This document shows positions 54,505 through 64,000 of a DNA stretch of 64,000 bases, one piece after another. Made by a program: the position numbers and the translations under genes. The stretch lies in the NCBI GenBank assembly GCA_963773815.1, contig CAVZCI010000017.1, positions 891 through 64,890 on the forward strand, read 5' to 3'. The notes under the pieces are model-generated. The model was given only the letters and a program-made list of their open reading frames with translations. It had not been told where the DNA came from and did no database searches. How positions within the stretch are numbered: the stretch's first letter is position 1; every line of letters begins with the position of its first letter. The stretch comes from an uncultured Acidobacteriota bacterium. GTDB taxonomy: Bacteria > Acidobacteriota > Thermoanaerobaculia > UBA5066 > DATFVB01.

Positions 54505-55062
54505 TTATTCGCCATGCGCGGCCGCCTCCTCCCCGAACACTTCCGCCTCGAACGCGTAGAGCTTCACGCCCGGAAGCTTCCACCCGTCCTCCGGCAGGCC
54601 CGCCTTCCGCGAGAGCGCGCCGAGGAACTGCTCCTTCGTGAAGCTCCACTCCTCGGCGACCTGCGGCAGCAGCAGGCCGCGGCGGCCTCCGATCTCGAGG
54701 ATCAGGCCGTGACGCCCGACCTCGAAATGCTCTTCCGCGATCAAACGCGGCGGCGAGAGGATCGAGATCTCGACGAGCACGTCGCGCCATTCTTCGAGCG
54801 TCAGGGGCGGAAACCGGGGATCCTCGAAGGCGGCGTTCAACGCGAACTCGGCGACCGTTCGGGAGATCCCCTCTTCGGCGGCGAGCGTGCCGATGCAGCC
54901 GCGCAGGTCGGATTTCATTTTCAGAGTCACGAACACGCCGCACGAGGTTTCGTCCGCGTGCGGGCGCTGCGGAATTTCGAGAGGCCCCTCGCCCGTCAGC
55001 CTCCGTTCGATCGATTGCCGCGCGATCGACAGGAGCTCCTTCCGGCGTTCCGGCGACGTCAC
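54505..55062 (-). CDS. AMMECR1 domain protein (AmmeMemoRadiSam protein A)
   Basis: GVFVTL, LRGCIG, DPRFPP, LLLPQV. Confidence 0.92.
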   Translation of the reverse strand: MTSPERRKELLSIARQSIERRLTGEGPLEIPQRPHADETSCGVFVTLKMKSDLRGCIGTLAAEEGISRTVAEFALNAAFEDPRFPPLTLEEWRDVLVEISILSPPRLIAEEHFEVGRHGLILEIGGRRGLLLPQVAEEWSFTKEQFLGALSRKAGLPEDGWKLPGVKLYAFEAEVFGEEAAAHGE

Positions 55063-55718
55063 GCTTTCACCGCGATCGCCCCGGGAATCGAAAGCCGCGA
55101 GGCGAAATCCTGAACGCGCTCTTCGAGCTCGTCGAGGTGATCCGTGAAGAAGTGGTCGGCCCCCGCGACGATTTCGACCCGGACGTCGAGAAACCGCCGC
55201 TTCGCCTCGCGCTCGAGCTCGCGGGGATCGGCGAACTCGTCCTCGTCGCCCGAAATCACGAGCGTCGGCTTTTCGACCGGATCCCCCTCGCCGAGCGCCC
55301 AGCGCGCGAGCGGGACTCCCGCGCCGATCAGCGCGGCGACGCGGGGATCTTTCGCGCCGACCGTCAACGCCATCGCGGAGCCGAAGGAGAAGCCTCCTGC
55401 GACGAGCGGCGTTCCGCCGCGGCGGACCGCCTCGTCGAGCGCCGCCGCGACGTCTTCCTTTTCGCCGCGGCCGCCGTCGTGCGTCCCCTGCGACGTGCCG
55501 ACCCCGCGAAAATTGAACCGAAGCACGCCGAACCCGGACCTCGCGAGGGCGCGCGCGATCCGGAACACGACCTTGAAATGCATCGTCCCGCCGTGCGCGG
55601 GATGCGCGTGCGCGACGACCGCCGAGCCGCGCCGCGGCGCTTCCGGCTCTTTCCAGAGCGCCTCGAGGTCGCCGGCGGGCCCGGCGAAAGAATACGGATG
55701 GACCGTGCTCGCGGCCAT
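55059..55718 (-). CDS. Alpha/beta hydrolase
   Basis: HPAHGGTM, RFNFRGVG, GFSFG, ADHFF. Confidence 0.9.
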   Translation of the reverse strand: MAASTVHPYSFAGPAGDLEALWKEPEAPRRGSAVVAHAHPAHGGTMHFKVVFRIARALARSGFGVLRFNFRGVGTSQGTHDGGRGEKEDVAAALDEAVRRGGTPLVAGGFSFGSAMALTVGAKDPRVAALIGAGVPLARWALGEGDPVEKPTLVISGDEDEFADPRELEREAKRRFLDVRVEIVAGADHFFTDHLDELEERVQDFASRLSIPGAIAVKA

Positions 55719-55780
55719 TGCGCCGATCTTATCGCGCGCGGCTTGAACGCCGGCGCTCGATTCAAGATAATACGCGCCTC

Positions 55781-56837
55781 ATGAAAAAAATCGTTCACAT
55801 CGTCGGCACGGGGACCATCGGCGAGCCCCTGATCGGGCTGTTCACCGACTTCGCCCGCCACCTCGGGATCGACGAGCTCACGTTCCACAAGCGGACGCCG
55901 ATGACGACGGAAAAGGCGAAGGTGCAGCACCTGATCTCCCGAGGCGCGAAGCTCGCCGTCGACGAGGACAAGACCGCCGACTTCGAGGCGCTCAGCCACA
56001 AGGTGTCGTACACGGCCATGGAAGCTCTGGAGCGCGCGTCGGTCGTCATCGATTGCACGCCGGCCGGCAACGAGAACAAGAAAGTCTACGAAAAGCTGAA
56101 GGGACCGAAGGGCTTTCTCGCCCAGGGCTCGGAGTTCGGATTCGGCAAGATGTACGCGCTCGGCATCAATGACGAGGCGCTGAAGGCCGGACAGGACCGC
56201 TTCATCCAGATCGTCTCCTGCAACACCCACAACATCGCCGTGCTCGTGAAGACCCTCGCGTCGGAAGGCAACAACCTGACGCTCGAACGGGGCCGATTCG
56301 TCTGCATGCGCCGGGCGAACGACATCTCCCAGGATTCGGGGTTTCTCCCGGCGCCGCAAGTCGGGAAACACGACGACTCCCTGTACGGCACGCACCACGC
56401 CCGCGACGCCTCGCACCTCCTGGAGACTCTCGGCTGGAAGACGAAGATGTTCTCCTCGGCCGTGAAGCTGAACACGCAGTACATGCACGCTCTCTGGTTC
56501 GACCTGGAGCTGACGCGCTCGACGACGAAGGCGGAGGTTCTCGAAAAGCTCCGCCTGAACACCCGCGTCGCGAACACGGAGCGCCGCTCCGCGAACCAGG
56601 TCTTCTCCTTCGGCCGCGACCACGGCTACTACGGAAGGCTCCTGTCGCAGACGGTGATCTCGACCCCGACGATCGTGCTGCCCTCGGAGAAAGAGGTCGT
56701 CGGCTTCTGTTTCACGCCGCAGGACGGCAACTCGCTCGCTCTCGTCGATCGCGGCGGCGCTCTGGCTGATGGAGCCGGAAGTCGACCCGTGGACGAAGAT
56801 GGATCCCCTGAAGAGGTTCTTCTTCCAGGAGATTTAG
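55781..56837 (+). CDS. Archaeal (type II) GAPDH-like dehydrogenase (frameshift near 56735)
   Basis: VGTGTIG, IDCTP, AQG.E, VSCNTH, RRAND. Confidence 0.7.
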
Positions 56838-56932
56838 CGCACAGCACTCACCGCCGTGAGTGCGAAGCGCTAAATCCCGAGCGAGCCGGCCGCCGCGAAG
56901 CGGCGGCGCCAGACGGAGCGAGGGATCGCTTC
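56751..56932. repeat. ~180-bp direct repeat, copy 1
   Basis: Repeated at 57281-57462 with few substitutions. Confidence 0.92.
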
Positions 56933-57253
56933 TATACTCTGTCCTGAGGCTCGCGAAACGAGCCGTGAGGACCTCTCAGAGAGGCGCGGTCCAGACCCTC
57001 TTAACCGTGCGAAGGGGCGTGGTGTTCCTCGAAGGATTCCGGCGACGCTCAGATCCTCATCGAGGTCGGGCCAACGGATTCCCTCGCCGTCACCCAACAG
57101 CTCCCAATTTGAACGCTGAACCTCGGAAGCGTGGAGCAGCCGCGGGAACCAGGCCAGTGGTACGCTGACACGGCGGCCGTCCGCAAGGCCCACCGTCAAT
57201 TCGTCCTCGGAAACGATTACCTCTTGAGCCCGCGGGTTGGCTTCAACCGGCAT
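56870..57253 (-). CDS. DUF2442 protein (3' end uncertain)
   Basis: LADGRRVSVPLAWFPRL, GIRWPDLDEDLSV. Confidence 0.85.
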   Translation of the reverse strand: MPVEANPRAQEVIVSEDELTVGLADGRRVSVPLAWFPRLLHASEVQRSNWELLGDGEGIRWPDLDEDLSVAGILRGTPRPFARLRGSGPRLSERSSRLVSRASGQSIEAIPRSVWRRRFAAAGSLGI

Positions 57254-57280
57254 CGAGCGATTGTACATGGCGGGCACCAC

Positions 57281-57462
57281 GCCGCCGCGCGCTGGCTGAT
57301 GGGGCCGGAGGTCGACCCGTAGACGAAGATGGATCCCCTGAAGAGGTTCTTCTTCCAGGAGATTTAGCGCACAGCACTCACCGCGGTGAGTGCGAAGCGC
57401 TAAATCCCGAGCGAGCCGGCCGCCGCGAAGCGACGGCGCCAGACCTAGCGAGGGATCGCTTC
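57281..57462. repeat. ~180-bp direct repeat, copy 2 (decayed gene end)
   Basis: Copy of the GAPDH-like 3' end with TGG changed to TAG, plus hairpins. Confidence 0.92.
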
Positions 57463-57563
57463 GGGTCGTAAGACACACCACCAGGTCAGATCGCTTCGTC
57501 GCTCCGCTCCTCGCAATGAACAGGGTCGCGAGCGCTCGAATGGCGGTTAGAATCTCTCCGCAC

Positions 57564-60078
57564 ATGGAACCCACCCTGAAGCCGCCCGCCATCACGACGC
57601 CTTCGTCGATCCGTCCCGGCCTCGCGGAGCGGTTCTTCGCGTTCGTCGCCGAATCCCACCCGTTCGCGCTCGATCACGCTTCGGTCGTCTTCCGAAACCT
57701 GCTGCGGCGCGAGGGGGGCGACCCGGGCCGCGAAGCCGGCCGGCTCGACGCGCTCCGAGCGCCGCTTTCGCGCGCGCTCCGCAAGGCGATCAGCCTCGCG
57801 CCCCCGGCGGGAACGACCGAGACGACTCCCGGCGTCTCCGCGGCGTCGAGAATGTCGGCCGCCGTCGACGGGCTCGTCGACGCGTGCGACGGGTTTCTTC
57901 GCCGAGAATCGCTGTCCGCCTCACTCACGGCGGAGGAACGCCTGGAGATCCTCCGCGGCATCGTCCTGACCCGCGCGATCGACAACCGCCTCAAGGCGTT
58001 CTTCACGGGCAGCGAGGTCCGGTACCGGGGCGTCGCTTTCCAGGGGAAGGGTTTTCGCTCGCTCGGCCAGGAGGCGATCTACGCCGCCGCGACGCGCCTG
58101 CGCCGGGGGGAAGCGTTTCGAGAGAACGGCGAGTGGAAGGGCGACGTCGTCGCTCCGCTCATCCGCGACCTCGGCATCGCGCTCGCGATGAATCCCGGGC
58201 CGGAATTCGTCCGGATGGTGCTCAACGCCCAGATGGGGAAAGACGGTTCTCCGATGGACGGCAAAGACCTCCACATCGGGGACTTCGCGCACGGCGTGCT
58301 TCCCGCCGCCGCCCCGCTCGCGATTTCGTCGCTGACGGTCGCCGGCCTCGCGCTCGCGTTCGCCCGGGAAGGGGAAGGGCGGGTCGCCGTCTCGCTCATC
58401 GGCGAGGGAGGCTCCTCGCTCGGCGAGTGGCACGAGGCGATCAATCTCTGCGCCGCGCGCCGCCTGCCGGCGGTTTTCTGCGTCCAGAACAACCAGACCG
58501 CGCTCTCGACCCCGCCGGCCGAGCAATCGGCCGTGCGGGCGTTCGCGGACAAGGCGGCGGGTTACGGGATCCCCGGGATCACGCTCGACGGCACGGACCC
58601 CGACGCGATCGCGGCCGCGTTCGCCTGGGCGGCGGAGCGCGCCCGCGCGGGGAAGGGCCCCGCGCTGCTGGAGCTCATTTCGATGCGCATGTGCGGCCAC
58701 GCCCACCACGACGACATGCTCTATCTCGGCCGCGACCCGCAGCCGGCCTGGACGTATCCGGCGCTTTCGGAATCGGGCTACGCGGCCCGCGAGCTCTACG
58801 AGTACTGGTCGCGGCGCGACCCGATCGCGCTGTACGCGGCCCGCCTCTCCGACGAGGGCATCCTCGGAGGGGGCGACCTTTCGCGCTTTCAGACCGAGGC
58901 GGACGCCCTCGTGGAACGAGAAGCTCGCGCCGTCATCGAGGCGCCCTGGCCCGAGCCGGCGAGCGCGGGGGAAGGGGTTCTCTCGAACGAACCGCGACGA
59001 ACCCGCGTCGAGCCGCTCGACCCGGCCCGTCGCCGGAGCGCTCCGGACCGGGAAATCGAGGTCGAGCCCGCTCCCCCGTTCGATCCGAAGGGAAGCACGT
59101 TCCTCGATGCCGTCGCGCTCGGAGTCGGCGATGCTCTCGCCGCCGACCCGCGCGTCTTCGTCTTCGGCGAGGACGTGGGCGGAAAGTACGGGAACGCGTT
59201 CCTGCTCCTGCGCCCGCTGCTCGAGAGGTTCGGAGACCGCATCCTGAATTCGCCGCTCTCCGAGGGAGCCGTCCTCGGCGCCTGCATCGGCGCCGCGCTG
59301 GCGGGGCAGCGGCCGGTCGGCGAAATGCAGTTCAACGATTTCGTCGCGACCGGCTTCAACCAGCTCGTCAACAGCGCGGCGAAGATCCGGTATCGATGGG
59401 GCGGCCGTTCGGGAGCGGTGTTCCGATGGTCGTACGGATGCCGTGGGGCGGGCTGCGGCACGCCGGCCCGTACCACAGCCAGAACACCGAAGCGTGGTTC
59501 TACCGGACTCCCGGCCTGAAGATCGTCGTCCCGTCGACTCCGCACGACGCGCGCGCGCTGCTCGCTTCGGCCGTCGCCGATCCCGATCCCGTGCTCTATT
59601 TCGAGCACATCGCGCTGTACCGCGATCCCCGCGTCAAGCAGGCCCTTTCCCCGAGGCCCCGGAGCCGATCCCGATCGGAAAGGCGGCGTTGAGGCGGAAA
59701 GGGAAAGACCTCGCGATCCTCAGTTACGGCGCCTACGTCCACGTCGCGATGCGCGCGGCGGCCCGGCTCGCGGAGGAAAACATCGAGGCCTCCGTTCTCG
59801 ACCTGCGAAGTCTCGCGCCGCTCGACCGCGGCGCGATCCTCGACCTGGCCAGCGCGTGCAACCGGGTCCTGATCGTCCACGAAGACACGCGCACCGGCAG
59901 CGTCGGGGAGAGCATCGCCGCGATCATTCAGGAAGAGGCGTTCGAGCACCTCGACGCCCCGATCCGCATCCTCGGCGCGCTCGACACGCCCGTGCCGTAC
60001 TCTCCCCCGCTCGAAGAGTTCTTCCTGCCGGGCGAAGACGAGGTCGTCCGGGCGGCGCAGCTGCTCGCGAAGTACTGA
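57564..60078 (+). CDS. Fused E1 alpha/beta 2-oxoacid dehydrogenase (frameshifts near 59405 and 59650)
   Basis: GEG..NN TPP motif, RMCGH, FGEDVG, EMQFNDF, HSQ, DLRSL.PLD. Confidence 0.88.
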
Positions 60079-60174
60079 GGAGTTCCGGAGCGCGGCCGGC
60101 GGGGTGTTCCGCGAGGAAAGCGTAACTTTTCGAGCTGGAAGGCTTTGACGTCCGAGAAACCGGGAGTCGCGCGG

Positions 60175-60711
60175 CTAGAACTCCGGCCATTTCGCAAATG
60201 CGGCGACGACGAGCGAGTGGCTGATGCGGCCGTCGCGGAGCATCTCGCGAATCTCGGTCCGGTCCGCCTCGACGACCTCGATGTCCTCTCCGGGGTCGAA
60301 CGACGGCTCCGCGACGCGCCGGCAGCCGCGCGCGACGAACGTGTGGCAGCGGTTCGACTGGATCGCCGGGTTCGGGTGCACGAAACCGAGGCTCTCCCAC
60401 GACTCGGCGGCGTGCCCCGTCTCCTCGAGCAGCTCGCGCCGGGCGGCTTCGAGCGGAGACGCGTCTCGCCGGTCGACGGCGCCGCCCGGGATCTCGAGCG
60501 TGAACGTCTCCGTGCCGTGCCGGTACTGCTCGACGAGGACGATGCGCCCTTCCGGCGTCACCGGGATGACGTTGATCCAGTCCGATCCGTCGAGAACGTA
60601 GAAATCGTGCTCTTCCTCGGTCCGGGGAGAGACGATGCGGTCGCGGCGGACGGTGAAAACCTTGAAGTCGCCGAGCGGCTCGCTCCGCAGCCGGCGCCAG
60701 GCGGGTTTCAC
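60175..60711 (-). CDS. Nudix hydrolase (ADP-ribose pyrophosphatase-like)
   Basis: EQYRHG, EIPGG..AARRELLEETG. Confidence 0.88.
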   Translation of the reverse strand: MKPAWRRLRSEPLGDFKVFTVRRDRIVSPRTEEEHDFYVLDGSDWINVIPVTPEGRIVLVEQYRHGTETFTLEIPGGAVDRRDASPLEAARRELLEETGHAAESWESLGFVHPNPAIQSNRCHTFVARGCRRVAEPSFDPGEDIEVVEADRTEIREMLRDGRISHSLVVAAFAKWPEF

Positions 60712-61662
60712 GCGTTCACGATGTGACCGCCGCTCTTGGTGTCCTTCTTGAGGGTGACGAGCTTCAACTTCTGCAGCCTCTTCGAGCAGGCTCGAGAACG
60801 AGTCGAATCCGTAGTAGCTCTCGTTGAAGTACGGCTTCTTGCGCTGCATGGTCTGTTTCACCATCGAGCCCCAGATCACGTCCTTGTTTTCGCGTTTCAG
60901 CGCGAGGATCGAATCGAGCATCAGGCGAAAGACCTCGCGCTTCTTCTCCGGCAGCTCGTCGAGCGAGGGGGACCCGGCCGCGGGCGCGCGGACGAGGTCC
61001 TCGTAGAAGATGAACTCGTCGCAATTCGAAACGAGGAGGTCGGACGACGAGTTCTTGACCCCCACGCCGAGCACGGCCTTGTCGTTCTCCTTGAGCTTCG
61101 AGACGAGCGGAGAGAAATCGGAATCGCCCGAGGCGATCACGAACGTCGTGATGTGGCCCTTCGAGTAGCAGAGGTCCATCGCGTCGACGACCATTCGGAT
61201 GTCGGCGGAATTCTTCCCCGTGTAGCTGCGCTGCGGAATGTCGATCAGCTCGACCGCCGCCTCGTGGAACGGGCGTTTGTAGTCGAGGTAGCGGCTCCAG
61301 TCGGCGTACGCTTTCTTGTAGACGATCCGGCCCTTCTCGAGCAGCCGCTCGAGCATGAGGTCGAGATCGAATTTCGGATACTTCGCCTCCCTCGCGCCGA
61401 TCGCGAGGTTGTCGAAATCGATGAAGACGGCCAGCCGCTGTTCGTCGGCCTGGTTGTTCGGCATGGGAGTGGGTCCTCCGCTGGATGAAAAGGTCAATGT
61501 TTCCGGCGCCGCGGGCTGAGGAGGAGGCGGGGCCGGCTCGGGAACTTCGAACGGCGGCTCGAGCGGCGGCGCGGCCGTCTCGCCCTTCTTTCGGTGACGC
61601 ACGCCGCCACGCCGTCCCCGGCGCTTCGGTTTTGCGGCTTCTTTCTTCTCGCTCTCGGTCAT
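60708..61662 (-). CDS. NYN (LabA/DUF88) domain protein with OST-HTH (frameshift near 60775)
   Basis: FIDFDN, AYADW, KNSADI, SGDSDF, YGFDSFSSLLE. Confidence 0.88.
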
Positions 61663-61722
61663 TCGATGCTCCGCCCGGTCGGGACGAAGGCGGGCGGTAT
61701 TCTGGTCGGCACGAAGGCGATT

Positions 61723-62451
61723 CTACACGGACGGGGACGCGGAGGCGGGCGACCACCACTTCAGGATCCGCTCGACGTACTGCACCGTCTCCCGATAGGG
61801 CGGCACGCCGCCATAGGAATCGACGGCGTTTTCGCCCGCGTTGTAGGCCGCGAGAATAAGCGCGGGTTGATTCTCGAACCGGGCAGCGAGCTCCTTGAGG
61901 TACAGGACCCCCCCGCGGATGTTGGCCGTCGGATCGTAAGTGCGGCGCACGCCGAGCCGGGCGGCCGTCGAGGGCATCAACTGCATCAGGCCGCGGGCCC
62001 CCTTCCGCGAAACGGCGCGCGGGTCGAAGTTGGACTCCGCCTTGATCACGGCGGAGACGAAAGCCGCGTCGAGGTTCGCTTTCCGGCACTCCGACTCGAT
62101 CACCGAGTCGTACCGGGACTGGAACAGGGGCTTCCGCGCGGCCCTGTACGACAGGTCGGCCGTGACGGTCCGCGGGAGGGCCCGGATCTGGGCGGGCGGG
62201 GGCGCGACCTCGTCGTCGACGAAGCGCTCCACGAGCAGGATCGACGTCGTGTAGCCGCCGCCCCCGGGAAGGTCGAGGGAGACGTCGTCGCCGTCGACGT
62301 GGTAGCCCGTGACTTTGACGACCCGGCCGTCGTTGAAGATCGCGAGCTTCGCGAAAGCGGGCCGGGCGGCGAGGCCCAGCGCGGCCAGAAGGAGCCACGA
62401 GCGGAGAAACGCTGAATTCGCCGTACTTTTCGAGGTCATGGTCGAGATCAT
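61723..62451 (-). CDS. Lytic transglycosylase (SLT domain)
   Basis: AES.F, GARGLMQLMP, AAYNAG, ETVQYV. Confidence 0.9.
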   Translation of the reverse strand: MISTMTSKSTANSAFLRSWLLLAALGLAARPAFAKLAIFNDGRVVKVTGYHVDGDDVSLDLPGGGGYTTSILLVERFVDDEVAPPPAQIRALPRTVTADLSYRAARKPLFQSRYDSVIESECRKANLDAAFVSAVIKAESNFDPRAVSRKGARGLMQLMPSTAARLGVRRTYDPTANIRGGVLYLKELAARFENQPALILAAYNAGENAVDSYGGVPPYRETVQYVERILKWWSPASASPSV

Positions 62452-62494
62452 GGACACGTGCCCCGACAACGCTTTCGCCATGCCGAATATTCCC

Positions 62495-63466
62495 TCATCG
62501 CGCCCTCGGATGAAAGTCGTCGTAAACCTGCCGCAGGCGGGTGCGGGAGACGTGGGTGTAGATCTGGGTCGTCGCGATGTCGGCGTGTCCGAGGAGCATC
62601 TGGACCGACCGAAGATCGGCGCCGTGCTCGAGCATGTGGGTCGCGAAGGAATGCCGCAGGACGTGCGGCGAGATCCGGGAGCGGATGCCGGCGGCGCGGG
62701 CGTAGAGCTCGATCAGTTGCCAGAAACGCTGGCGCGTCATCGGCCCGCCGCGTCCCGTCAGGAAGAGAAATTCCGACCTCTCGCGGTCGAACGCGGGCCG
62801 GGCCTCGCGCAGGTACCGGCCGATCCATTTTCGGGCCTCGCGGCCGACCGGCACGAGCCGCTCCTTGTTGCCCTTTCCGACGACGAGGAGCGTTCCCCCC
62901 TCCAGATCGGCGCGCTCGGTCTCCAGCCGCACGAGCTCCGAGACCCGCAGTCCGGACGCGTAGAGCGTCTCGATCATCGCGCGGTCGCGAAGCCCCCGCG
63001 CCGTGGAAGCGTCGGGCGCCGCGAGCAGCGCGTCGATCTCCGCCGGCGAAAGCACGTGCGGAAGAGCCGACCAGGTCTTCGGGCTCGTCAGCTGCGCGGA
63101 GGAATCCTCCGAAACGATGCCCTCCGCGGAGCAATAGCGGAAGAACCCGCGAAGCGAAGAGAGGAGACGCGCGGCGGAGCGGGCCGAGAGGCCCGCGGCG
63201 CGGCGGATCTGGACGTATCGCACGAGATCCTGCCGGACGGCCTTCTCGAGGTCCCGGCGCCCGGCGGCGAGATGGCGCCCGAACCCGTCGAGGTCGCGCA
63301 CGTACGATTCGATCGTGCGGCGCGAAAGGCCGCGCTCGACGGAGAGGTGGTCGGCGTAGCCGGGCAGGAACCGGCGGAAGAACTCGGTGGCCGGCGCGGC
63401 CGGTTCAGGAGACCGCGAGGGTTCTCGAGGGGGATTTTTCTTTGCAGATTTCAAGGATCTCTTCAT
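62495..63466 (-). CDS. xerD: Tyrosine recombinase XerD (start uncertain)
   Basis: LYASGLRVSEL, GKGNKER, HVLRHSFATH, LGHAD..TTQIY. Confidence 0.93.
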   Translation of the reverse strand: MKRSLKSAKKNPPREPSRSPEPAAPATEFFRRFLPGYADHLSVERGLSRRTIESYVRDLDGFGRHLAAGRRDLEKAVRQDLVRYVQIRRAAGLSARSAARLLSSLRGFFRYCSAEGIVSEDSSAQLTSPKTWSALPHVLSPAEIDALLAAPDASTARGLRDRAMIETLYASGLRVSELVRLETERADLEGGTLLVVGKGNKERLVPVGREARKWIGRYLREARPAFDRERSEFLFLTGRGGPMTRQRFWQLIELYARAAGIRSRISPHVLRHSFATHMLEHGADLRSVQMLLGHADIATTQIYTHVSRTRLRQVYDDFHPRAR

Positions 63467-64000
63467 CGTTGAGAACGCGGTCGCTCCGTTTCGCGGCCCC
63501 GAAAATCGCCGCGACGAGCTCCGGTGTGACCTCGATCCCTCTCTCCGAGAGCCAGTAGACCACGTTCGACTCCCCGGACATCGGTCCGACTTCGATCTTC
63601 TGGTGACGGCCCACCATCGCGGCGGGAACCCCGGAATACACGCGGTCGGCGAGCCACTCGTTTCCCTTGTTCCGGGCCTTGATGATCGCGGCCGCGTGGA
63701 CGCCCGTTCCGGTTCGGAACGCGTCTTTCCCGACGATCGGATAGTTGTCCGTCAGCGGAACGCCCGTCGCCTCCGAAATGACCTTGCAGTAACGGGTGAG
63801 CGACGTCAGGTCGCGGTCGATCCAGCCGAGCAGCTGGAGGTTCACGAGCAGCTGGTCCATCGGCGTGTTGCCGACGCGCTCCCCGATCCCGAGGCCGGTG
63901 CCGTGCACGCGGTGAGCGCCGGCTTCGAGCGCCGTCAGCGAATTGATGACGCCGAGGCCGCGGTCCTGGTGTCCGTGCCAGTCGACCTTCACGTCCGGCG
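63405..64000 (-). CDS. LeuA/homocitrate synthase family protein (5' partial, no regulatory domain)
   Basis: HGHQDRG, GIGERVGN, GVHAAA. Confidence 0.82.
   Translation of the reverse strand, partial: PDVKVDWHGHQDRGLGVINSLTALEAGAHRVHGTGLGIGERVGNTPMDQLLVNLQLLGWIDRDLTSLTRYCKVISEATGVPLTDNYPIVGKDAFRTGTGVHAAAIIKARNKGNEWLADRVYSGVPAAMVGRHQKIEVGPMSGESNVVYWLSERGIEVTPELVAAIFGAAKRSDRVLNDEEILEICKEKSPSRTLAVS

Noticed and set aside
36475-55113. Very long antisense or alternative-frame ORFs (e.g. 36475-40578, 51466-55113)
   Set aside because: Shadow ORFs from high GC and codon bias opposite real genes
56831-56876. Hairpin as an integron attC site or CRISPR repeat
   Set aside because: No RYYYAAC...GTTRRRY order, only two copies inside a longer duplication, and no intI or cas genes
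11580-60078. Many frameshifted genes as pseudogenes or recoding sites
   Set aside because: They affect essential genes (dnaB, nuoA/F/G) without slippery motifs, consistent with long-read indels; only prfB has the canonical signal
60175-61662. Apparent NYN-Nudix fusion
   Set aside because: Removing one base near 60775 gives ...QKLKLVTLKKDTKSGGHIVNA* overlapping the Nudix GTG
62495-63466. Tyrosine recombinase as an island integrase
   Set aside because: Sequence and context match housekeeping XerD

Overview
High-GC bacterial chromosomal segment; gene content and style suggest Acidobacteriota, possibly Thermoanaerobaculia (inference). It is mostly housekeeping: der, rnr, tRNA-Pro, tRNA-Leu, a Rex-associated nuoAEFGHJKLMN-rex operon lacking nuoBCD/I, radA-mlaDFE-alr-dnaB, prfB with its programmed frameshift, lnt, lipA and xerD. 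It also holds a KS-less fatty-acid/glycosyltransferase cluster, a likely ceramide operon (cerR-spt-bcerS) next to an Aur1-like PAP2 gene, four small TA-type modules and several families of palindromic repeats. Many genes carry indels that look like long-read errors. Main observations: (1) many spacers between co-directional genes, including those holding palindromic repeats, are spanned by 'bridge' ORFs running from the upstream stop to the downstream start; (2) TA-type cassettes flanked by direct duplications of host gene ends; (3) the sphingolipid locus; (4) widespread leaderless -10/start architecture.
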